48,795 nt of DNA from an uncultured archaeon (GCA_964372825.1 CAYJTA010000001.1:1-48795), one strand, 5' to 3'; positions 9,282 to 16,043 are shown, numbered from the stretch's first letter. Numbers and translations are program-made. Notes: generated from the sequence alone by a model not told the origin.

Positions 9282-9390
9282 GGGCGGCCAAAATGGGGAG
9301 GATCACCCGTTCCCGTTCCGAACACGGAAGTTAAGCTCCCCGATGGTCCAGGAAACCTGCCTAACGGCGGATAGCCTGGATAGCTGCCCA
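9282..9390 (+). rRNA. rrf: 5S rRNA (short, about 109 nt, not linked to 16S/23S within this window)
   Basis: Contains the conserved CCCGTTCCGAACACGGAAGTTAAGC block. Helix I is GGGCGGC/GCTGCCC, helix II-III is GGGGAG/CTCCCC, and helix IV-V is TCCAGG/CCTGGA. Confidence 0.85.
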
Positions 9391-9436
9391 CTTTCTATTT
9401 CCAAGTCCTATATCTTCATTTCGCGCCAAATGCAAC

Positions 9437-9444
9437 TTTTATAA
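9437..9444 (+). promoter_or_regulatory. TATA box for tRNA-Asp
   Basis: TTTTATAA about 40 nt upstream of the tRNA 5' end, which would imply a short leader. Confidence 0.35.
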
Positions 9445-9479
9445 GCTTTCCCTCATATCTAAATATTGGCTCATTAAAT

Positions 9480-9699
9480 GCCCATGTGGTGTAGCGGTCC
9501 AGCATAGGAGCCTGTCAGCAGCCTTTCTTTTCACAAAAGAAACGCTGGCGATAGAAAACTTCGCGAAGAAGGGCCGGCAGTCCGCTCTTGACCCGGGTTC
9601 AAATCTACCCTTTCTTTCCGAAAGAAAGGGTAAGTTATCCAAAGAAAGGGAATACACATACTGAACTGGATAATTATGGTGAAAATCCCGGCGTGGGCG
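9480..9699 (+). tRNA. tRNA-Asp (anticodon GTC) with two introns: canonical 37/38 intron about 9518-9582 and T-loop intron about 9605-9686
   Basis: Exons are GCCCATG-TG-GTGTAGCGGTCCAGCAT-A-GGAGC-CTGTCA|C-GCTCT-TGAC-CCGGG-TTCAAAT|CCCGG-CGTGGGC-G. All four stems pair and the anticodon loop CTGTCAC is typical of tRNA-Asp. Confidence 0.85.
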
Positions 9700-9734
9700 C
9701 TTCCTACCGAATTAGTTGTGTATAGGCATAACTT

Positions 9735-9971
9735 TCACCTGTTAATGAATCCTTTGACATCTGTGGCCAGCCACATCCCAAGTGCAGGGCCAGGAAGGCC
9801 GTCCAGAGCCTCATTCCAATAATCCACTGCTTTTCGAAATTCTTCCGAAAAAACTTGTATCTCTTCGTAACCTGCATTTATGTAGAAGTCTGCATCTCTC
9901 GAATTCATTGCCAGAATAATTCCATTCCGGCGAAGATAGCTATCGGTTAAATTCATGGTCTGCCTTTTCAT
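9735..9971 (-). CDS. hypothetical small protein
   Basis: 78-aa ORF in a lower-GC patch. No motif recognised. Confidence 0.35.
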   Translation of the reverse strand: MKRQTMNLTDSYLRRNGIILAMNSRDADFYINAGYEEIQVFSEEFRKAVDYWNEALDGLPGPALGMWLATDVKGFINR

Positions 9972-10023
9972 TTATTCCCGATATTCTTCTTCACTTATCT
10001 CTTGGTCCACAGGAGATTCATAT

Positions 10024-10129
10024 ATTAAAGTGAAACAACTAAAGAATCTGCATTTTCAGAAAGATATATAAACAGTCCTGTTATCGTTTTTCCGTTAACG
10101 CTTTTTGATTTATTTCATGGAAAAGGGTT
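10024..10129 (+). repeat. 106-bp direct repeat, copy A (105/106 identical to 14096-14201)
   Basis: TTAAAGTGAAACAACTAAAGAATCTGCATTTTCAGAAAGATATATAAACAGTCCTGTTATCGTTTTTCCGTTAACGCTTTTTGATTTATTTCATGGAAAAGGGTTA. It covers the last 16 codons and the 3' flank of the minus-strand gene ending at 10081. Confidence 0.9.
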
Positions 10130-10575
10130 ATATGGACATTGTCCAGATGAGAAAACCTTTCCGGTGCCATGGTCGGGTCAATACCTATAACGACCTCGGG
10201 CGACCATATTTTTCCCACACTGTCATCGCCTCCAATAGCAGGATAGAATATGACATTGCCTGTGCTGGCAACATTTTTCTTGAGTTCCTTCAGAATGCAT
10301 AAATATGCTTGATCAATGATATTCGTTCTCTCGTCAGCATAGTTTAGCGTGTTCCTGATATGCACGGATATCTCATTTCCGTGAGGCATCACATAAAAAG
10401 GCACCCCATTATATACTCTGCAAAATCTATCGTCAATGCCGGGCTCCAGATCCTCGGTTCCGGCAGCCTCTTACAGCAGCCTGAAAGCAAAGTCTTTGTA
10501 CTTCCTTTCGAATATTTCTGCAAGCTTGTATAGCTTCTCAGCGTTTGAAAGCGGAACAAAAGCCTTTTGTTTCAT
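10081..10575 (-). pseudogene. hypothetical protein gene interrupted by one in-frame TAA (10471-10473)
   Basis: ATG at 10575 opens MKQKAFVPLSNAEKLYKLAEIFERKYKDFAFRLL, then TAA. The same frame continues EAAGTEDLEPGIDDRFCRVYNG into the track ORF 10081..10404, which starts at GTG. Verified codon by codon. Confidence 0.5.
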
Positions 10576-10600
10576 AATAGATCTGATAAGAGGGTAAAAA

Positions 10601-11338
10601 TCAAACCAGCATGCTGAACATGTTCCTGTTAAGGCTTCTCTCTGCCAGAACCAGCGGCTTCTGCTCGATTCTCATTGGCACCGGCCTTCCGCATTCGTGG
10701 CAGTAGCCTTCGGCCTTTGCCTTCGGCGCGGGGGAATATGAAACCTGCCTGACTTTCTGCGCTGCACGCTCAACATAAGGCTGCACATAGCTCTTGAAGT
10801 ATGAATAGCTTGCGTTCTGCGCTTCTCTCTCGGCCACAAACCTGAGCCTATCAGTGCTGTTTTCCAATGCTTTTCTCGCTTCCCTCTTCGCTATAAGGGC
10901 GACATCATAATAGGCCTGCCTCATGGCATCCTCGAAGCTCCTCTCAAAGGACTCCTTCATCTCCATCCATCCCCTCGAAGCAGTATCCTTGGAATGGACA
11001 TGCCTCATCTCCATGTCCCTTTCGATGTGCCTCTCCCTCTCTTCAATAGCTTCTTTCAGCTTCGCTATCTCAGGCTTTATATCAGAAACATCGGTCTTTG
11101 GGGCAGGCTGCTGCACCACGACAACAGGTTCCGGCTGCTTAGGCTGCTGGACAATGACAACAGGCTTCGTTTCCTTAGGCTGCTGCACAAACACAACCGG
11201 CTTCTGCATCTGGCCGGTCGCATATAGCTCCATCATGTCCGTGATGAACTTGTTATAGCTCCTGCTGCCTTTTAGCGTGTCAGCTAGGCCTTTTGTCTCC
11301 CTGCTCACCCATATAGTCGTGCTTCCTGCCATGTTCAA
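10601..11338 (-). CDS. hypothetical protein with a possible N-terminal ribbon-helix-helix-like segment, three tandem PVVxVQQP repeats, a coiled-coil and a C-terminal CxxC
   Basis: 245 aa. N-terminus is TTIWVSRETKGLADTLKGSRSYNKFITDMMELY. Repeat region is QKPVVFVQQPKETKPVVIVQQPKQPEPVVVVQQP (nt about 11099-11206). C-terminus has CHEC. Confidence 0.6.
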   Translation of the reverse strand: MNMAGSTTIWVSRETKGLADTLKGSRSYNKFITDMMELYATGQMQKPVVFVQQPKETKPVVIVQQPKQPEPVVVVQQPAPKTDVSDIKPEIAKLKEAIEERERHIERDMEMRHVHSKDTASRGWMEMKESFERSFEDAMRQAYYDVALIAKREARKALENSTDRLRFVAEREAQNASYSYFKSYVQPYVERAAQKVRQVSYSPAPKAKAEGYCHECGRPVPMRIEQKPLVLAERSLNRNMFSMLV

Positions 11339-11432
11339 ACCTGTGTTATGGAGTATAGATGGCCATAAAGGCTACTTATAGTATGGCCTATATATATTTA
11401 AGCTTTTCGCTACTGAGAAGTTGTCTTTGCAT

Positions 11433-11864
11433 TCAGAATTTGCGCCTTTGCTGGTAACCGTTGCGGCTGAACTCAGATGGATGACCTGATGGCTGAGGAC
11501 ATGTGCCTAGAGAGCGCTTGTAATCTTCCTCCCTTCTCATGCCTTCATAGTCATGCCTCAGCTCTTCGCTCGCCGGTTCAAGCTCCGGGAGCCCTTTTTC
11601 AGTCGCCAGCCCCTCCCTCAGCCTTTTCAGGGCCTCGCCAAGCTGCCTGTCACTAGGCGCTTCTATTGTTATCAAAGCCCGATATGGCAGCAGGCAGTGT
11701 TTTGCATCGATAAGCGGCTTTGTCGGCAGCGAAACCCCTGTTATGGTTGCAGGCAGATCGCTGAACTCCACACTATAGGTTATTGTTTTGTCTTTCTCAG
11801 CGCTTTTAGCTGCAAGCCTTTCGAGTGGCAGATCATCCCTGCTGAGGTAGATTTGGCATGGCAT
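11433..11864 (-). CDS. hypothetical protein
   Basis: 143-aa ORF with protein-like composition. No motif recognised. Confidence 0.5.
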   Translation of the reverse strand: MPCQIYLSRDDLPLERLAAKSAEKDKTITYSVEFSDLPATITGVSLPTKPLIDAKHCLLPYRALITIEAPSDRQLGEALKRLREGLATEKGLPELEPASEELRHDYEGMRREEDYKRSLGTCPQPSGHPSEFSRNGYQQRRKF

Positions 11865-11923
11865 GGACTCAAATTCACCAGCAGGCTTTAAATACTATGA
11901 TGGTAGCCGGAAAAAGAAGAAAA

Positions 11924-12253
11924 TGAGCCCGGAGGGATTCTCGCAGCGCACATCGCTCTATCCAAAGAAAAGACAATACAAACGATGAGCTTGTTATTTA
12001 TTCTACATTTGTATTTCCTTTTCTTGGATACCCTACCCTTCTTTTTGGAAAAGAAGGGTGGTTTCGAACCCTCGACTCCCTGGTATCTTCCCCCATCTTT
12101 CTATCATTTGGCTAAAAGCCATCCATATGCTTTTAACGTGAGTTAAAAGCCAGGTGCTCTACCAGATTGCTCTACCCTCTTCCTTTGTAACTTTTTCTTT
12201 TCCGTGCACGCTTTTCTTTTCCTAAAAGAAAAGGGTGCCTGAGCTACGGGCCC
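11924..12253 (-). tRNA. tRNA-Lys (anticodon TTT) with three introns: D-loop about 12169-12238, anticodon loop about 12084-12142, T-loop about 11938-12062
   Basis: Exons are GGGCCCG-TA-GCTCAG..TCTGGTAGAGC-A-CCTGG-CTTTTAA-CCAGG-GAGTC-GAGGG-TTCGAAT-CCCTC-CGGGCTC-A. The 5' 106 nt (12148-12253) are identical to 5757-5862. Confidence 0.85.
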
Positions 12254-12280
12254 ACTGATATTCAAGATATTCTCTGTCTT

Positions 12281-12288
12281 ATTATAAA
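12281..12288 (-). promoter_or_regulatory. TATA box for tRNA-Lys(TTT)
   Basis: Minus strand reads TTTATAAT, centred about 31 nt upstream of the tRNA 5' end. This is the same spacing as at the CTT gene. Confidence 0.45.
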
Positions 12289-12395
12289 TAGCCATGAATG
12301 GCAGCATATCGCTCATGTTCAATTCATGGTCTAATAGATTCCTTCATCTCCGGTTTCCAAAAACAAAGAAAAAGAGAAAAAAAGAAAGTAAATTC

Positions 12396-13553
12396 TTACA
12401 CCGGCTTCCCGTATATGAATATCTGATTATTTGTAGTGTCGTCAAAGTTTCCTATGCACGGCTTCGGATACAGCAGCTTGAACTCCACTTCTGCCTGCCC
12501 TGTCGGAAGAAGGACATTGTTTGCCCACCCTGTCAGTGTCGCAGGCTTTCCTGGATCCAATAGGGTGCTGTTGAACAGCGGCCTTGCACCTGTACAAAGT
12601 CCTGTAGTAACTATGCTGAGATAGCTGCACTCAAAGTTTGTGTTCGGGTTAGTTACATGAGCCCAGCCTTCAGCCGGATTGTCTCCTGGGAAGCCTGTAA
12701 GGACTGTCTGAAGCGTCCCTGACCTTGCCCTGTAATAGACGCCTGTAACGTTATTTGCTGAACTTCCCTCGACATCCAGTTTGTTCGTATCCGGGCAGAG
12801 AGACGGTCCGCTTGTGGAGAACAGGTCAGTCATTGCTATGAAAACCCAAAGCGCTACCCTGTTAGCCGTATTTTCTATGAATATCCTGTTAAGGCTGTGT
12901 GCAAACTCTCCCGGCTGCACATTCTCGAATGTTATCGGACTGCCGTCGCTTGATATAACATCCATGCCTACCGAAGGGTTGAATATCCACCTCTCGGCAT
13001 ATAAGCTAGTTGTTAGCGCATTGCTTGCATCCATCACACCGATGGTCACATTAACAGGAGCGTCCGGATCTGTGGGCTCTACAGTGTAAAGACACCTGAA
13101 TGCCTTGTCTGTCTGGTTGTCTGTGACACCATTTGCCGTACTCGAGTTTCCTGTCTGCCTCAGTCCGTCGCATGTGCCGGGAAGCGATTCTGGTGAGCAT
13201 ATGACTTTAAGGGTGTCATTAATTTTCACATAAGCCTGTCCTATATCAATAACACCATTTGGGTCCCTGACTATCACTAAAAACCCAATCTCCTCGCCAT
13301 TGAAAGCATAGCTTCCAGGTCTCAGGTTCAGCACATTGATTGTCGGCGCATCAGCCCCTAGTTTTGTCGGGCTTCCTGTGCCATTGCCAAAGAAGTCCCC
13401 AGGGCTTATTGTGACTGTTCTGTTTTTGATGCATATCTGCGGGGCAATATCGCCTGGCTGCGCACCTGCACCGACGCTCCCACTTGGATCTGCAAGAGCA
13501 ATTGCTGCCAATAACGATGCCAAAACTACGGCTGATAGAATTATGCTTTTCAC
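12396..13553 (-). CDS. secreted Cys-containing, sequon-rich protein, function unknown
   Basis: The track ORF is 12396..13613. A GTG at 13553 is preceded by AGGAGGTGA with a 7-nt spacer, giving VKSIILSAVVLASLLAAIALA, a clean signal peptide. Many N-x-S/T sites. Confidence 0.8.
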   Translation of the reverse strand: MKSIILSAVVLASLLAAIALADPSGSVGAGAQPGDIAPQICIKNRTVTISPGDFFGNGTGSPTKLGADAPTINVLNLRPGSYAFNGEEIGFLVIVRDPNGVIDIGQAYVKINDTLKVICSPESLPGTCDGLRQTGNSSTANGVTDNQTDKAFRCLYTVEPTDPDAPVNVTIGVMDASNALTTSLYAERWIFNPSVGMDVISSDGSPITFENVQPGEFAHSLNRIFIENTANRVALWVFIAMTDLFSTSGPSLCPDTNKLDVEGSSANNVTGVYYRARSGTLQTVLTGFPGDNPAEGWAHVTNPNTNFECSYLSIVTTGLCTGARPLFNSTLLDPGKPATLTGWANNVLLPTGQAEVEFKLLYPKPCIGNFDDTTNNQIFIYGKPV

Positions 13554-13560
13554 GTTTTTG

Positions 13561-13569
13561 TCACCTCCT
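13561..13569 (-). promoter_or_regulatory. Shine-Dalgarno site (AGGAGGTGA) for the 12396..13553 gene
   Basis: Minus-strand AGGAGGTGA lies 7 nt upstream of the GTG and is complementary to the archaeal 16S 3' end consensus. Confidence 0.6.
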
Positions 13570-14095
13570 TTATTTGGGTACTTAGGGCGGCCATTGGCCT
13601 GCCGCCATTCCATGCATTGGCTTTCAGGCGTGGCCGCCCCAAGGCTGGCAAAGCTGCCTTGGTAATGCGCCCCTCGCTCGGCGCACCCTCCATTGGTTGC
13701 ACAAAGGAGAATGAACAGAAAAAGACATCCGTAGCCCTCTTGTACCCTTTCCGGGGCATAAGGCTTGAAAAGCTTCCGGTTATTTTCATCACAGCACTGT
13801 AAATGTGTCTCAGAATTTGGTATAAAAAACTAAGTAGCCTATGTGTAGTGCTTTTGTCTGGATTTTGTACCGCAGTACGCAGAACAGGCATATGTCAGGT
13901 CTTGGCTGAGGGGGCCATTGAAAAGGTATTTAAGCATGAAGGAACTTTTAGTTACCGAAAAGTGCTTTTTGTACTTCAACATCATGTGAATATCACACCT
14001 CTACGTGCTCTGATAGCCTGCTGTTTTATCGGCTTTTTGCATATTGTGAAAATATGTTTTCCTTGCAATTCCATTCCAAGAAGGCAGAGCAACTG

Positions 14096-14201
14096 TTAAA
14101 GTGAAACAACTAAAGAATCTGCATTTTCAGAAAGATATATAAAAAGTCCTGTTATCGTTTTTCCGTTAACGCTTTTTGATTTATTTCATGGAAAAGGGTT
14201 A
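14096..14201 (+). repeat. 106-bp direct repeat, copy B
   Basis: One mismatch to copy A (TATAAAAAGTCC versus TATAAACAGTCC). Here the 16 duplicated C-terminal codons are immediately preceded by an in-frame TAA, so this copy is a gene-end remnant. Confidence 0.9.
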
Positions 14202-14249
14202 ATTAGAGCGATTTCCATTCTTTTTATCTTAAACAGCCCAATAAATACT

Positions 14250-14522
14250 ATGAAGCATGGCATCTCAGAGACCATGTGGGTGATAGTCTCAGCGCTGGTT
14301 GTGCTTGTTGTCGCCATCGTAATCCTCACGATGTTCACCACCACTGCCGTCAATGTCGGCCGCTTCGTGGAGCATTGCAGGACAAGCGCGGCCACAACAT
14401 GCCAGTCGACAGCAAGCCTGCCTGTGGGCTGGGACACCACCAAGATGAGGACAGATGCAGGGGACAAGACATGTTCTGAAGTGACTGGAATAAAGGACTG
14501 TTCTGTGTTCAGAATCCAGTAA
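14250..14522 (+). CDS. small type IV pilin-like protein (class III signal peptide), paralog 1
   Basis: MKHG/ISETMWVIVSALVVLVVAIVILTMF followed by a short domain with 4 Cys. A TATA-like TTTTTATC lies about 24 nt upstream of the ATG, suggesting a leaderless transcript. Confidence 0.8.
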   Translation: MKHGISETMWVIVSALVVLVVAIVILTMFTTTAVNVGRFVEHCRTSAATTCQSTASLPVGWDTTKMRTDAGDKTCSEVTGIKDCSVFRIQ

Positions 14523-14613
14523 AGTTTGGCCTTGAGACCTTTTCTGCCTGTTTAGCCACACAACAACCCCCTTCCGAACCTATATAAGAGGGTTCAGCAC
14601 AATTAATTAAAAT

Positions 14614-14940
14614 ATGGCAAAAGGCATCACGAACACAATGTGGGTTGTAATCGCATCTCTTGTCATACTGATTGTTGCACTGGTGGTTTTGACTATTTTC
14701 AGCGGAGGTCTCAGGCCAATCCAGCCTCTGCTACAGTTTGCAGGCAACTGCCAGGTGCAGGCAAGGACAAGCTGCCAGAGTGTGGGCGTTTTGCCGGTCA
14801 GCTGGGAGGTTCCCGCCCCCGTAAATGACGGCGGCCAGCAAAAGTTCATGAGTTGCAGGCAGGCTGTATCAGGCTCGCCGCCCTCAGGCGAAGTAAGCTG
14901 CTCTACCTATCAGTACTCAGTACCTAAAACGCAGCCCTAA
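14614..14940 (+). CDS. small type IV pilin-like protein, paralog 2
   Basis: MAKG/ITNTMWVVIASLVILIVALVVLTIF. C-domain is NCQVQARTSCQSVGVLPVSWEVPAPVNDGGQQKFMSC...SC. TATATAAG lies about 29 nt upstream. Confidence 0.85.
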   Translation: MAKGITNTMWVVIASLVILIVALVVLTIFSGGLRPIQPLLQFAGNCQVQARTSCQSVGVLPVSWEVPAPVNDGGQQKFMSCRQAVSGSPPSGEVSCSTYQYSVPKTQP

Positions 14941-14946
14941 TGCTCT

Positions 14947-15246
14947 ATGCCTTCTCAAAAAGGCCTCTCCAACACAGTGTGGATTATAACTGCTGCTCTT
15001 GTAGCCCTTGTTATAGCGCTTGTCCTTCTGGGCGTCTTCACAGACGTATTGAAGCCCCTCATAGAATGGATGCAGTCCATTCTGGGCGGCAAAGATGGAG
15101 GCGGGGCCGATTCATGCACGAGGGCATGCAACATCTGGCAGTCCGTATGCGCCGAGGGAAGCTCCAAGACCTATTCCCAGTTCCCCGGCTGCACGAAGGT
15201 AGGCATATGCAGATGCCTGACGGAGACAGGGAATAAGAGCGGATAG
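14947..15246 (+). CDS. small type IV pilin-like protein, paralog 3 (divergent Cys-rich C-domain)
   Basis: MPSQKG/LSNTVWIITAALVALVIALVLLGVF with 7 Cys in the C-terminal half. Starts 7 nt after the paralog 2 stop. Confidence 0.8.
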   Translation: MPSQKGLSNTVWIITAALVALVIALVLLGVFTDVLKPLIEWMQSILGGKDGGGADSCTRACNIWQSVCAEGSSKTYSQFPGCTKVGICRCLTETGNKSG

Positions 15247-15282
15247 CCACGAATCTCGCATAATCAGGAATATTGACATAAT

Positions 15283-15597
15283 ATGGAGAAATCAGGCAAA
15301 AAGGCCATATGGATCATAATTTTGTTTGCTGTGATTCTCATATTTCTATCATGGGTCATTAGTCTTCCACCGCCACCAAGAAATCATATTCTTGTCAATT
15401 TCAAGACAAATTGCGAGATAAGAGCAAGAATAAACTGTCTTTCTTTAGGCGTTTTACCAATAGGCTGGGCAATACCTGTTCCGGTGAACGAAGGAGGGCG
15501 ACAAAGAATAATAAGCTGCTATAATGTCACAGGTTCCCAACAAAAAAACCTATCATGCGCCGCTTATGGCTATGCAGTGCCCAGAGAAAGCGGGTAA
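15283..15597 (+). CDS. pilin-like paralog 4 with a degenerate leader and lower GC
   Basis: The C-domain CEIRARINCLSLGVLPIGWAIPVPVNEGGRQRIISC is clearly homologous to paralogs 2 and 5. The N-terminus is MEKSGKKAIWIIILFAVILIFLSW and lacks the KG(I/L)(S/T)xT motif. Confidence 0.7.
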   Translation: MEKSGKKAIWIIILFAVILIFLSWVISLPPPPRNHILVNFKTNCEIRARINCLSLGVLPIGWAIPVPVNEGGRQRIISCYNVTGSQQKNLSCAAYGYAVPRESG

Positions 15598-15634
15598 AAG
15601 CACTTATTTACCCCCGCCACATATAATATTGTAT

Positions 15635-15973
15635 ATGGCCAGAGGCATGAGCCAGACGATGTGGATCGTTATAGGAGCCCTTGTCATACTGGTAGTGGCC
15701 CTTGTTGTGCTGACGATATTCACAGGAGGCGTGGGCAAGGCAGGCGCCCTGTCAAAATTCAGGGAGAACTGCGAATTGCAGTACAGAAGCAGCTGCTCCT
15801 CATTATGCACCATGCCCATCACATGGACTATACCGGTTCTTGTAAAGGAAGGAAGTCAGGCAGGCCAAATGAAGAGCTGTGACCAGGAGCTGCAGGGCAA
15901 AAACTGTCAGGATCCCGAGTTCAAGTGCAATACGCCCCCGCCTGCGGCTGGGCCTGTGGTAGCAAGCGGATGA
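15635..15973 (+). CDS. small type IV pilin-like protein, paralog 5
   Basis: The track ORF starts at 15524. The ATG at 15635 gives MARG/MSQTMWIVIGALVILVVALVVLTIF, matching the family leader. C-domain is NCELQYRSSCSSLCTMPITWTIPVLVKEG...SC. Confidence 0.8.
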   Translation: MARGMSQTMWIVIGALVILVVALVVLTIFTGGVGKAGALSKFRENCELQYRSSCSSLCTMPITWTIPVLVKEGSQAGQMKSCDQELQGKNCQDPEFKCNTPPPAAGPVVASG

Positions 15974-16043
15974 TAAGTGCCTTGCGAAAGCAGGCAAGTT
16001 TTCTCCGGACCCAAATAATATATGCCACGCCTATTATATTATT

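Noticed and set aside
5600-12260. Recurrent CCCTTTCTTTCC...GGAAAGAAAGGG hairpin-type repeats, considered as a possible CRISPR array or MITE family.
   Set aside because: There are only a handful of copies, with no regular repeat-spacer periodicity. Every copy lies inside a tRNA gene, at positions that restore a perfect cloverleaf when removed, so they are intron modules rather than CRISPR repeats.
13550-14099. Track ORFs 13550..13891 (minus) and 13803..14099 (plus); also the idea that the GC-rich island is SRP RNA or RNase P RNA.
   Set aside because: The ORF translations are Cys/Arg/Phe-rich and not protein-like. I could not find the SRP helix-8 consensus (GGAA tetraloop with AGCA/GNAR context) or the RNase P GAGGAAAGTCC block. 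Only a generic structured-RNA possibility is kept, as a low-interest finding.
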